This document shows positions 1-9,590 of a stretch of 35,410 bases of DNA, piece after piece. The translations under genes were made by a program, and so were the position numbers. Each line of letters opens with the position of its first letter. Position 1 is the stretch's first letter. The stretch is from sequence record SRR20825006_268; one strand, given 5' to 3'. The notes under the pieces are model-generated. The model was not told the origin of the DNA. It made no database searches and was given only the letters and a program-made list of their open reading frames with translations.

Positions 1-1157
1 CCGGTAGCGACTGGGTGTTCGTACTGGATATCTCCGGTTCCATGAGCGCCAAACTGGCGACTCTGGGCGACGGCGTCAGCCAGGCGCTGGGCAAACTGCG
101 CGGCGGCGATCGCTTCCGTATCGTGCTGTTCGATGACCGCGCCGAAGAACTCACCAGTGGTTTTGTGGACGCAACGCCGAACAATATTCGCCAGTACACG
201 AAGAAGGTCATGCAGCTCCAGTCGCGGGGCGGCACCAACCTGTTCGGCGGCCTGAGTCTGGCTCTGAACCCGTTGGATGCAGATCGCCCCACCGGCATCG
301 TGCTGGTCACCGACGGTGTAGCCAACGTGGGCAAAACCCAACAAAAAAATTTCATCGATTTGCTGGAAAACCACGACGTTCGTCTGTTCACCTTTGTCAT
401 GGGTAACAGCGCCAACCGCCCCATGCTCACTGCCATGACCGGTGCCAGCAACGGCTTTGCCATCAGTGTGTCCAACAGTGACGACATCGCCGGGCAGATT
501 CTCAACGCCACCGCCAAGCTCACCCACCAGGCCATGAATGACGTTGAAATCGATATCGACGGGGTACGTACCGCTGATCTCCAGCCCCAGCGCATCGGCA
601 GCATTTACCACGGCCGTCAAATCGTGCTGCTCGGCCATTACTGGGGCAACGGCCCGGCAAACGTCACGCTGCGTGCCAACGTGGCGGGCCAGGACAAGCA
701 GTACAAAACCCGCTTCAACTTCCCCGCCCAGGGTGGTGATAACCCGGAGCTGGAACGCCTGTGGGCCTACGCCACCATTCAGGACATGCAGCAGGAAATT
801 AATTACTTCGGGGAGGAAAAGGACCTGCAACAGGGCATCGTGGATCTGGGCCTGGAATACGGCCTGGTCACCAACTACACCTCCATGGTGGTATTGCGCG
901 ATGAAGTATTCGCTGAATACGGTATCGACCGCCGCAATGCCAAACGCCGGGAAATCGAAAAACTGGCCAAGGCCCAGCGTCAGGCTAACGCCCCCACCAG
1001 CAACCGTGCGGACACCGCCCAGCCCATGTACACCAGCAACCGGCCGTCCTATAGCAGCGGTGGTGGTGGAGGCGGTGGCGGTGGCGCCTTCGGTATCGGA
1101 GCGCTGCTGCCCTTCCTGATCTTGTTGATCGGCGGCGGCCTGCGACGCCGCCGCTGA
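1..1157 (+). CDS. vWA-domain (VIT/vWA-type) surface protein with C-terminal GlyGly-CTERM sorting signal; 5'-truncated by the window
   Basis: MIDAS motif FVLDISGSM, then GGTNL and LVTDG. C-terminus SSGGGGGGGGGAFG + hydrophobic helix + RRRR. The frame is open to the window edge. Confidence 0.85.
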   Translation, partial: GSDWVFVLDISGSMSAKLATLGDGVSQALGKLRGGDRFRIVLFDDRAEELTSGFVDATPNNIRQYTKKVMQLQSRGGTNLFGGLSLALNPLDADRPTGIVLVTDGVANVGKTQQKNFIDLLENHDVRLFTFVMGNSANRPMLTAMTGASNGFAISVSNSDDIAGQILNATAKLTHQAMNDVEIDIDGVRTADLQPQRIGSIYHGRQIVLLGHYWGNGPANVTLRANVAGQDKQYKTRFNFPAQGGDNPELERLWAYATIQDMQQEINYFGEEKDLQQGIVDLGLEYGLVTNYTSMVVLRDEVFAEYGIDRRNAKRREIEKLAKAQRQANAPTSNRADTAQPMYTSNRPSYSSGGGGGGGGGAFGIGALLPFLILLIGGGLRRRR

Positions 1158-1173
1158 TCCAGCCAACAACCAC

Positions 1174-1208
1174 AAAAAAACCGGACAGGCAGCCCTGTCC
1201 GGTTTTTT
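1174..1208. terminator. Bidirectional rho-independent terminator
   Basis: A7-CCGGACAGG-cagc-CCTGTCCGG-T6 between convergent genes. Confidence 0.9.
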
Positions 1209-1332
1209 CTCTTCTCAATCTGCAAACGTTTCTCGTCAGGCCTTCAGCGCCGAGCCTTCTGCACAATGCGGCCGCTTCACAATAAATCAATCAGCCTGCC
1301 GCCTAGGCTCATCCACAACGCGCCTTTTCCTG

Positions 1333-1929
1333 TTATTCCTGACGCCCTTCGATGGCAGACATCAACACCCCGGCAGCAATCCCCAGACGCTTGTCTAGCC
1401 GTCCTTCACGATCGGCACTGAAATCCACATCCAGTTTCAGAATGAAGGGGTTGAAGCGCTGACGATACTCGGCCACGGGGCTATCCCCCACGGTAGCGTG
1501 GTAGTGCTGCGGAAAGAAAAATGCCAACGTTTCGATATAGCGGCGCACCAGCGCCTTGATCATGGAGTCTTCCTGCAGGGTACCGATTTCCTGGCCACCA
1601 CTATCCAGAAAGGTCCAGTGATCGCGCAGGAAAGACGACGTGAAGCCCGACCGCCGCAGCGTCCCCACATGCTCATCGCTTTGCGAATCATGTACGTCAT
1701 AAGCGCCAGCGAAATCGAAAATGCTGCGAGTGGAAATTCGCAGCAACTCCTGATCCTGGCTTTCGTCCGCATAGAGCCGGATGTCTTCGCGGATGCGGAA
1801 GCGCTTCATGTTGGAGTAAAGCGCCAGTTCTCCATCATCCGTATAAAGATGGAAGGCATCACCGAAGAACCGAAAGAACTTGCGGCGAATGGTGTAGCGT
1901 GGATGTTGAAAGCGCACAGCGTGCGTCAT
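1333..1929 (-). CDS. Hypothetical protein, LURP-one/scramblase (tubby-like) fold
   Basis: 198 aa with repeated beta-hairpin patterns (YTIRRKFF, GTLRR, EIGTLQE) and a terminal helix LDKRLGIAAGVLMSAIE. Confidence 0.6.
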   Translation of the reverse strand: MTHAVRFQHPRYTIRRKFFRFFGDAFHLYTDDGELALYSNMKRFRIREDIRLYADESQDQELLRISTRSIFDFAGAYDVHDSQSDEHVGTLRRSGFTSSFLRDHWTFLDSGGQEIGTLQEDSMIKALVRRYIETLAFFFPQHYHATVGDSPVAEYRQRFNPFILKLDVDFSADREGRLDKRLGIAAGVLMSAIEGRQE

Positions 1930-1989
1930 GACTTGTTCTCCATCAGCATTCGGTGAAACCCTCTTCTGTATTCAGAGAAGGCAATCCCA

Positions 1990-2655
1990 TTACCAGGGCA
2001 GCACGCTGCCATCGGAATGCCAAAAGGTCCCGCTGTTTTCCAGAGTCAGGGCATCCATCCGCGCAATCAGATCGCTGGCCGCTTCTTCCGCCGTCAGATT
2101 ACCGCTCTGCCGGGTCATGTCAGTCTGCACCCAGCCCGGATGCAGAATCGCCACCGCAATGCTGCGCGCCGCCAAATCCACCGCCAGGGATTTGCCCACC
2201 GCATTCAGGGCGGCCTTGCTGGCCCGGTAGCCGTATTTGGCCCCGGAGGTGTTATCCGCCATCGACCCCATTCGCGAAGTCATCAGGCCCACCTTGCTGC
2301 CTGCATGCAGGTTAGCCAACAAGGCCAGGGTGACCCGCAGCGGCCCCAGCGTATTGACCTCAAACTGGTCGCGCATGGCGTCAAAGTCCATGGCGTCCAC
2401 CGTTTCACTGCACATGATGCCGGCGTTGTTATAGAGCATATCTACCGGGGTCTCGCCCAGCGCATTCTGCAAGTTCATCACCCCGTCCGCCGTGCTCACA
2501 TCCACGCCATCGATCACTTTAGCACCGCTATCCAACAGCGCTGCAGAGGGCTGGCGGCAAGTGGCAATCACGGTATCGCCTCTGGCACACCACGCCTGCG
2601 CCATGGCAAGACCGATCCCGCGGTTCGCTCCGGTAATAACGATTGTCTGCCCCAC
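1990..2655 (-). CDS. SDR family oxidoreductase (CsgA/C-factor-like)
   Basis: ITGANRGIG, NNAG, catalytic YRASK, LHPGWVQTDM; GTG start with AAGGAG RBS. Confidence 0.92.
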   Translation of the reverse strand: MGQTIVITGANRGIGLAMAQAWCARGDTVIATCRQPSAALLDSGAKVIDGVDVSTADGVMNLQNALGETPVDMLYNNAGIMCSETVDAMDFDAMRDQFEVNTLGPLRVTLALLANLHAGSKVGLMTSRMGSMADNTSGAKYGYRASKAALNAVGKSLAVDLAARSIAVAILHPGWVQTDMTRQSGNLTAEEAASDLIARMDALTLENSGTFWHSDGSVLPW

Positions 2656-2840
2656 GATTTTCTCCTTTTGCCTGATTCAACAGATAGTTACCCTGAACCT
2701 GTTTCGCATTCAACGCCAGCAGACAAGCCACATTCGCAGGGCCCTGTGGCGGTGATTTGCCTCTCTGTCCGTAAACACCCTTTTTTGTCCGTGTCTCTTT
2801 GCTACAGTGAGTGTCCATTCTCAAGCCAAGGACGCGAATC

Positions 2841-3314
2841 ATGAGCATTGCAGTTGGCGATACCCTCCCCTCTATCACCCTGAAAACCAACGGCCCAGAC
2901 GGCCCGGAAGACCTCAACACCGGGGAATTTTTCAAAGGCCGAAAAGTGGTGCTGTTTGCCGTTCCCGGTGCCTTTACCCCCGGCTGCTCCAACACCCATA
3001 TGCCTGGCTTTGTGGTGAATGCCGACGCCCTGTTGGACAAGGTAGATGCCATTGCCTGCATGGCCGTTAACGACGCTTTCGTGCTGGATGCCTGGCAGAA
3101 AGACCAGAACGCCGAGCGCCTGACCATGCTGGCCGACGGCAATGCCGAGTTTGCCAAGGCGCTGGGGCTGGAACTAGACGCCACCGGCGGCGGCATGGGG
3201 ATTCGCAGCAAGCGTTTCGCCCTGATCGCCAACGATGGCGTGGTGGAATACATCGGTGTGGACGCCAAAGGCGTAGACAAAAGCAGCGCCGACACGGTGC
3301 TGGGTCAGCTTTAA
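2841..3314 (+). CDS. Peroxiredoxin, Prx5 type
   Basis: PGAFTPGCS peroxidatic motif, VNDAFV, RSKRFA; ATG at 2841 with AAGGA RBS. Confidence 0.93.
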   Translation: MSIAVGDTLPSITLKTNGPDGPEDLNTGEFFKGRKVVLFAVPGAFTPGCSNTHMPGFVVNADALLDKVDAIACMAVNDAFVLDAWQKDQNAERLTMLADGNAEFAKALGLELDATGGGMGIRSKRFALIANDGVVEYIGVDAKGVDKSSADTVLGQL

Positions 3315-3332
3315 TTCTACCGGTACAAAGCA

Positions 3333-3359
3333 TGCCTGTAGCCAACCTGGCTGCAGGCA
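3333..3359. terminator. Hairpin between convergent genes, possible terminator
   Basis: TGCCTGTAGCCA-acc-TGGCTGCAGGCA (one G-U pair); no U-tract. Confidence 0.45.
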
Positions 3360-3452
3360 GCCTGTCACAGACCATCACACTCTCTGGTTTGCGGTTTTGA
3401 ATCAACGGAGATGGCACCAGGCATTCGCCGGCGCGCACTGTTACTTCACCGC

Positions 3453-4631
3453 TTATATCTCCAGGGCAAGCCCCAGGGTAGCGGTAAAATCGTCTTTTTC
3501 CGGAGTAATGCCGTCGCTGTCCGGTTGCGGGCTTTCAATTCGTTTCCAGGTACCCGCCAGCCTCAGGTCCAAACGGCTGGTCAGATCCACGTCCAGTGCC
3601 ATATAGAAGTCATGCTTGGCACGGCCCGCATCCTCTTCCGTCAAGGTCACCTGATAATCAATCTGGAAGTCGATATTGTCGGTAATATCCTGATCGTAAT
3701 AAGTACCCAACAGCAATGCGGGCGTAGACACGGTACGGTCTTCACCCGGCGCCACGTCCACGTACTCGGTACGCTGATAACCGGGACCGGCCGAGACCGT
3801 CCAATCCAGCTTCGATGTATCAAAAATCTGGTACCCCGCACCAAAACCTACCGTCCATTCTGCTTCACGGTTCTGGAACGGATCACGGTAATATTCCGCC
3901 TGAATCGGCCTGAAAAACCATTTATGGCTAATCCGATAATCATGACTCAAACTCGCCGTGTGGTTATTGGCCAGCTGCTCGGATTCCGATTCCGAATAGT
4001 TACCGGTATAACTCATCTTGGTATTATTTTTTACCGTGCGGCGTTTCAGTGAAACCTTGGTATTCAGGTCTTTCTGTTCCACGTTACCACTGCGGAAATT
4101 CAGGCCCACCGAAATATCCGCAGACCACAAATCAAACTCTCTGGGTGAGGCCGAGGCAATACCCACCACCTGCGGAAACTCAACCGGTTCACCCCCCACC
4201 AGCAGCTTGCCGCGCTCCGTGGTCAAACGCCCCAGGATCACTTCACCGCCATCCAGCAGCACCGACATGACGCGCCCCGTGCGGATATAGGCCACGTCTT
4301 CCCAGTCAATCGAAATCAAATCGAAATGATCACTGTCGATCTCGACCGACTCTTCATGCAAGACCTTTATGCGGCCCTTCACCCACTCGCCAGTATCCAG
4401 CTGAATCCAGTCCCATTGCTGCACATCAAAGCTGGGCGGCTGCCAGATCTGCGGCGGGGTACTGGCCGTGTCGAAGGTTTGGTCCGCCGCAAAGGCGACA
4501 GCAGGAAAGGTGCAGACAACCAAACAGGCAGCCCAGAAGGCTGCCTGTTTGGTTGTCTGGCAAGAAGCACTGTCAGACGAGAAAGGTCGGCCGGCCATTA
4601 CCGGCCAGCCATTAACAACGACTTTTTTCAT
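3453..4631 (-). CDS. DUF481 (YdiY-like) outer-membrane beta-barrel protein with N-terminal extra domain
   Basis: Signal-like h-region ending AVAFA, WIQLDTGEWVKGRI N-domain, amphipathic strands, GFGAGYQ. ATG overlaps the glutaminase stop (TGATG). Confidence 0.8.
   Translation of the reverse strand: MKKVVVNGWPVMAGRPFSSDSASCQTTKQAAFWAACLVVCTFPAVAFAADQTFDTASTPPQIWQPPSFDVQQWDWIQLDTGEWVKGRIKVLHEESVEIDSDHFDLISIDWEDVAYIRTGRVMSVLLDGGEVILGRLTTERGKLLVGGEPVEFPQVVGIASASPREFDLWSADISVGLNFRSGNVEQKDLNTKVSLKRRTVKNNTKMSYTGNYSESESEQLANNHTASLSHDYRISHKWFFRPIQAEYYRDPFQNREAEWTVGFGAGYQIFDTSKLDWTVSAGPGYQRTEYVDVAPGEDRTVSTPALLLGTYYDQDITDNIDFQIDYQVTLTEEDAGRAKHDFYMALDVDLTSRLDLRLAGTWKRIESPQPDSDGITPEKDDFTATLGLALEI
4513..4559. 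repeat. Perfect 21-bp inverted repeat with 5-nt loop inside the DUF481 5' coding region
   Basis: CAGACAACCAAACAGGCAGCC-cagaa-GGCTGCCTGTTTGGTTGTCTG. Confidence 0.95.
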
Positions 4632-5689
4632 CACTTACCATAAGGTGCGGCTTCGTACGGGTTGCCCCCCAGCGCCGCGGAGATATCGGCAATGGCTTTC
4701 TGGGCACGTACGCTGTTACCGGCCTCATCCAGCGGCGGAGAAATAGCCGCGATGCCGAACTTGCCCGGAGAAACGGCAATGATACCACCGCCCACACCGC
4801 TCTTGGCAGGCAGGCCGGTCTTGTACAACCACTTGCCCGCATCGTCATACAGCCCTGCCGTCGCCATCACCGCCAGAATTTCCGGCATGTCTTCCGGTTT
4901 AACCAAAGCCTTGCCGGTTACCGGGTTGGTCCCGGCATTGGCCAGCGTCGCCGCCATGGTGCCCAGGTCCTTGGCATTGACACCCACAGAGCATTGACGG
5001 GTATAAATGTCGGTGGCCTGCAGCGGGTCACCTTCGATATGACCATAGGCATACATCAGGTGTGCGATCGCCTGGTTGCGCTGGTTAGTCGCCGCTTCGG
5101 ACTTGTAGATATCCTCCAGCACGGTCAGTTCCCGACCCGCAAACTCGCTGTAGTAACCGAGGATCTTGTTCCAGATTTCGTTGTAGCTCTTGCCTTGCAC
5201 CATGCTGGTGGTGGTAATCGCACCGGCGTTCACCAGCGGGTTCATTTCATGGCCCTGGTTCTGCTCGATGGCATAGATGGAATTGAATACCTGGCCGGTA
5301 GCGTCTACCCCCACATTCTTGGGCAGTGCATCGATGCCTTTCTCCTCTGTCACCTTGGCCATGGTGAAGACCTTGGAGATAGACTGGATCGACACCTCGG
5401 ATTTGATATCGCCCACGCTGTAGACCTTGCCGTCCACCGTCACCAGCACAATACCAAAGATATTGGAGTCCACCTTGTCCAGCGCGGGGATGTAATTGGC
5501 GTTAGCGCCTTCCTTCAATCCCTTGTACTTGTCATAGGCTTTTTTCAACGCATCATTGATGTTTTTTTCGGTGAGCTTGCTGTCCACCGGAGACGCCGCT
5601 GGCGCCTCATTTTCTGCTGAACAGCTGGCGCTTGCGACCGCCAGCATGCCGGCAAAAAACAGGCTGAAGAACTTACGTGAATATTGCAT
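4631..5689 (-). CDS. glsA: Glutaminase A with N-terminal export signal
   Basis: ANYIPAL, catalytic SIQSISK (SxxK), NPLVNAGAI, GLPAKSGVGGG, SPPLD; N-terminus MQYSRKFFSLFFAGMLAVASASC. Confidence 0.93.
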   Translation of the reverse strand: MQYSRKFFSLFFAGMLAVASASCSAENEAPAASPVDSKLTEKNINDALKKAYDKYKGLKEGANANYIPALDKVDSNIFGIVLVTVDGKVYSVGDIKSEVSIQSISKVFTMAKVTEEKGIDALPKNVGVDATGQVFNSIYAIEQNQGHEMNPLVNAGAITTTSMVQGKSYNEIWNKILGYYSEFAGRELTVLEDIYKSEAATNQRNQAIAHLMYAYGHIEGDPLQATDIYTRQCSVGVNAKDLGTMAATLANAGTNPVTGKALVKPEDMPEILAVMATAGLYDDAGKWLYKTGLPAKSGVGGGIIAVSPGKFGIAAISPPLDEAGNSVRAQKAIADISAALGGNPYEAAPYGK

Positions 5690-5724
5690 TACTCATGCTC
5701 CCTCTGAGAGATTCCGGCTTCCAC

Positions 5725-6885
5725 TTAAAGCAGATTGCCACTGGAAAAACTGTATTTGACGCTGAACTGGACACGGCGGTCGTAGCCCTTGTCACCGTCA
5801 TTGGCGGTGCGCTTACCAAACAGGTATTCCACCCCCATCATGACCTTGTCATTAGGGGTATAGAGCAGGTTGGTTGAGGCATACTCGCCTTTCTTGAAAG
5901 CATCCGGGCCCTGGAAATCCGTGTTGTCGATTTCGGTAGAGCTATAACCAATAGCGGAACTGTAACGGTCATTCCAGGCATGTTCGTAATAGCTGATCAG
6001 GCCGGTCAGTGGCACTACCTGGTAATCCGGATCAATGGCATTGCCATCCGGTGCCATATCGACCCCACCGTCGTTCATGTAATTGGAAATACCATCACCA
6101 TGAACCACACCCAGAATCAGACGGTCTTTTTCCAGCAGGTTGATCGTGGTGGTCAAATTGACGCCCCAACCCAACTCGCTGTCGTCCGGGCTACCATCAG
6201 GACCACCGGGAGTGTCATAGCCCACCTGGCGCAGGATACCCGCTACCTGGAAGTGGCCCCAGTCGCCGACCTGGCGGAAGTGCGCGGTCAGGTCGGGGTA
6301 TTCGTTGTCGCCCGCAGTGGTATTCGGATCCAGCCCGTTATCCACCCCACTACCCGGAGTCTCAATGGCCACGGCCACGGTCTGATCGCCCTGCACCGGC
6401 GTCCAGCGAATCTGCGGATTGCGCAGGAACACCATGCCCGACGGCCCCCAGTAGTCGATCACGTTAGGGAACACATCCCCGTCCATGAACACACTATTGG
6501 TTTGCCCGGCCAAAATGGATTTCCACTCACCGTAGGCATGACGCAAACGAATCGTCGTCTGCCCCTCATCCGGGCCGACGCCGTACATATCGAATTCGAA
6601 TTTGGTGGTCAGTTCACTGTCACCAGCCATGGTGCTGGCATTCACACCCAGACGACTCTGGCGAACACTCAACTCCGCCTGACCATCACTGCCAACGGAG
6701 GACGCGTTGGTTGGGATACGGCTAGGGCGCAACGCCCCTACCCAATCCGGATTGGGCCGATCAAACGCCTGCACATAATCCACCATCCCGAAACCGTAGA
6801 CTTCGAAAGAGGAATCCGCCAAGCAAGTGAGAGGAGCAAGAAGCAGCGCAGTACCGAGGGTGCGCCTGGAAGCGAGAGTACCCAT
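5725..6885 (-). CDS. DcaP-family trimeric outer-membrane porin
   Basis: Signal peptide, VYGFG, RQSRLG, KFEFD, RLRHAY, GQTNSVFMD, terminal RVQFSVKYSF; start chosen at the ATG downstream of AGGGA. Confidence 0.85.
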   Translation of the reverse strand: MGTLASRRTLGTALLLAPLTCLADSSFEVYGFGMVDYVQAFDRPNPDWVGALRPSRIPTNASSVGSDGQAELSVRQSRLGVNASTMAGDSELTTKFEFDMYGVGPDEGQTTIRLRHAYGEWKSILAGQTNSVFMDGDVFPNVIDYWGPSGMVFLRNPQIRWTPVQGDQTVAVAIETPGSGVDNGLDPNTTAGDNEYPDLTAHFRQVGDWGHFQVAGILRQVGYDTPGGPDGSPDDSELGWGVNLTTTINLLEKDRLILGVVHGDGISNYMNDGGVDMAPDGNAIDPDYQVVPLTGLISYYEHAWNDRYSSAIGYSSTEIDNTDFQGPDAFKKGEYASTNLLYTPNDKVMMGVEYLFGKRTANDGDKGYDRRVQFSVKYSFSSGNLL

Positions 6886-7172
6886 GATCATCATCCCTGT
6901 GCATTGTTTTGTTAATCGCTGCCATTCCCGGGCAGAACTGTTGAGCACCCCGAGCTGCAACGTTAAACCTGTGATCCGCCTCCGATAGAAGCACAAATTT
7001 TACAGAGTGTCACGATAGTCCCATCCACAGCTTTTCAAAATGGTGACACGCTTTACAGAGCCTTAAAAAACACACGCGGTTGTCTATACTGGTGGTTAAG
7101 CTGAACGGCATGGCGACACGCCAATGTGACCAAGCGATAAGCCACCATTCACAACCTACGGGCAACCTCATA

Positions 7173-8003
7173 ATGAGTATTCTGCAACTGCCCCACGCCC
7201 GCCCCGATGTCATTCTGATTGACTGGCACGCCACTCTGGTAGACACCCATGACGCCATGTACCACGCCGTGGATGACATCCTTCCCCAACTAGAAGATCT
7301 CGACCTGTGGGACCGGCTGCTGGACCCGGATGAATCCAAGACTATTGAAGACGCCAAGCTGCTGATTTATGTGAAAGATCATCACCGCTTGCACCCCAAA
7401 ATCGTCTCTCAGCGGAAGATTTCCCGCACCGATATCTTCGAAGTATTGTTCGGAAGTGATCAAGACGCCAAAGGGCGCGCTCACCAGGCCTTCGACCAGG
7501 CCTACCGAAAATACGTGGCCGAAGTACACCCGCTGGAACCAGACATTCGTCCACAACTGGAGCACCTGCGCGAGCTGGGCGTAAAAGTCGGATTGATCTC
7601 CAACCGCAAACGGGAATTTCTGGAACACGAACTGGCGCTGGTGGATGGCACCGGCTGGAAAGACCTGTTTGATGTGGTCGTGTGTGGCAGTGATGTGGAG
7701 GAACGCAAACCGTCACCACAGATGCTGTTGAAGGCCATGGAGATTCTCAACAGGCCTCCCGCCGAAAGTTGCTGGTATGTGGGTGACAGCACCACCGACG
7801 TGATTGCCGCCAAGGAAGCCGGTGTTACCTCCATTTTCTACAATGGCGCGGGCTGGGATCAGGCCTGGCTGGACAAGATTTTCCCGCATACGGTCAAACA
7901 CCCACACCGTCCGGACGCCGTGGTCGGCAGCATTGCCGAACTCACCGGTCTGGCCCGCCACCTGCTGGCCCAGCACAAACGCGTGGAACGGGCGCGGCCC
8001 TGA
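7173..8003 (+). CDS. HAD-family hydrolase (Gph-like) with atypical motif I
   Basis: LIDWHATLVD, LISN, KPSP, YVGDSTTDV. Confidence 0.85.
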   Translation: MSILQLPHARPDVILIDWHATLVDTHDAMYHAVDDILPQLEDLDLWDRLLDPDESKTIEDAKLLIYVKDHHRLHPKIVSQRKISRTDIFEVLFGSDQDAKGRAHQAFDQAYRKYVAEVHPLEPDIRPQLEHLRELGVKVGLISNRKREFLEHELALVDGTGWKDLFDVVVCGSDVEERKPSPQMLLKAMEILNRPPAESCWYVGDSTTDVIAAKEAGVTSIFYNGAGWDQAWLDKIFPHTVKHPHRPDAVVGSIAELTGLARHLLAQHKRVERARP

Positions 8004-8103
8004 AACGCGCCTGCCCTGTCAGCCGATTGGCCCGATCAGCCCCCGCCCGCCCCGCGCCAAACTGGTACATTCGTGCAAAATAACAACCGGCCCGCGAGAC
8101 ACC

Positions 8104-9516
8104 ATGACACAGCACACGCTTCACGCCTTTACCGATGACGCCCTGGGCACCGATGACGCCACTGCTCTGGCAGAGCGCCTGCAACGCGGCGACATCAGCA
8201 CCACCGACGCCACCGAGGCCGCCATCGCCCGCTTGCAGCGGGTCAACCCCACCCTCAACGGGCTGGTGCTGGATACCTATGCAGAAGCGCGGGAACGAGC
8301 CGGCAACAAGCACTTTGAGGGCTTTTTTGCCGGCGTTCCCAGCTTGATCAAAGACAATATCGATCTGCGCGGCCTGCCCACCGGCCATGGCAGTGCCGCC
8401 GTGGGCGGCAAACCCATGAAGAAAACCAGCGTACTGGCAAAGCAGTATCTGGCTCAGGGTTTTAACCTGCTGGGCAAGACCACCCTGCCCGCCTTCGGCT
8501 TTACCGCCTCCACCGAGATGGCTCACGCCCCGGCCACCCGCAACCCCTGGCACCTGAACCACTCCGCCGGCGGCTCTTCCGGCGGCAGCGCCGCACTGGT
8601 GGCCGCAGGCGCCGTGCCCATTGCCCACGGCAACGACGGCGGCGGCTCCATCCGCATCCCCGCAGCGGTCTGCGGCCTGGTGGGCCTGAAAAGCACCCGC
8701 GGGCGCTTGGTCACCCAGGAAGCCGCCAAAGCCCTGCCGATCAATATCATCAGCGATGGCGTGCTCACGCGCACCGTGCGCGACACCGCCAACTTCTTCG
8801 CCGAAGCCGAAAAGTACTATCGCAACAGCAAGCTACCCGCTGTCGGGCACGTCACCGGCCCCGGCAAACAGCGGCTACGCATCGGCCTGATGCTGGATTC
8901 CATCGCCGGCGACCCCACCTGCCCGCAAACCCGTGCCGCCGTGGAAGCCACCGCCAAACAGCTGTCCGCCCTGGGCCACCATGTGGACGTCGCCCACATC
9001 GACCTGCCCCAGCGGTTTGTGGACGACTTCCTGCTTTACTGGGCCATGCTCGCGTTCTTTGTCAGCAAATTCGGGCGCGCTCTTTTCCCTCAGGGATTCG
9101 ATAGTCAGCAGCTGGACCCGCTTTCACAGGGCCTGGCCCGCTATTACCGTCAGCGCTTCCTGAAAACCCCCGGCATGCTGCGCCAGCTTCGCCAGAGCCA
9201 GGCCCGCTACGCAGAGGTATTCAACCAGTACGACGTGGTGCTCACCCCGGTGCTGGCCCACACCACACCGGAGCTGGGCTATCTGGGCGCCGATGTGGAC
9301 TTCGACACCCAGCTGGAACGCCTGTTGCGCTACACCACCTTCACTCCTGCCAACAATGCCTCTGGTAGCCCGGGCCTGTCCCTGCCGCTGGGCCAGGCCG
9401 ACAACGGCCTGCCCATTGGCGTCCAGCTCAACGGCCGCCACGGCGAGGAACGCACCTTGCTGGAGCTGGCCTTTGAACTGGAAGAGGCACACCCCTTCAG
9501 GAGACTTACGTCATAG
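8104..9516 (+). CDS. Amidase signature family protein
   Basis: IKDN, GGSSGGSAA, GNDGGGSIRIPA; the upstream extension of the listed ORF overlaps the HAD gene and was discarded. Confidence 0.93.
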   Translation: MTQHTLHAFTDDALGTDDATALAERLQRGDISTTDATEAAIARLQRVNPTLNGLVLDTYAEARERAGNKHFEGFFAGVPSLIKDNIDLRGLPTGHGSAAVGGKPMKKTSVLAKQYLAQGFNLLGKTTLPAFGFTASTEMAHAPATRNPWHLNHSAGGSSGGSAALVAAGAVPIAHGNDGGGSIRIPAAVCGLVGLKSTRGRLVTQEAAKALPINIISDGVLTRTVRDTANFFAEAEKYYRNSKLPAVGHVTGPGKQRLRIGLMLDSIAGDPTCPQTRAAVEATAKQLSALGHHVDVAHIDLPQRFVDDFLLYWAMLAFFVSKFGRALFPQGFDSQQLDPLSQGLARYYRQRFLKTPGMLRQLRQSQARYAEVFNQYDVVLTPVLAHTTPELGYLGADVDFDTQLERLLRYTTFTPANNASGSPGLSLPLGQADNGLPIGVQLNGRHGEERTLLELAFELEEAHPFRRLTS

Positions 9517-9590
9517 AGGCCACCCACCGCCTTTTGCTATTGTCAGTGCCTTGATCTCACAGGGAACCCGGATCATGGCAAATCAGTAGC

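Noticed and set aside
1058-1085. GGT/GGC microsatellite as a phase-variation tract
   Set aside because: In-frame mixed Gly codons of the sorting signal
8062-8076. Sigma-54 promoter TGGTAC..TGCA before the amidase
   Set aside because: GG-GC spacing is one base short of the strict -24/-12 geometry
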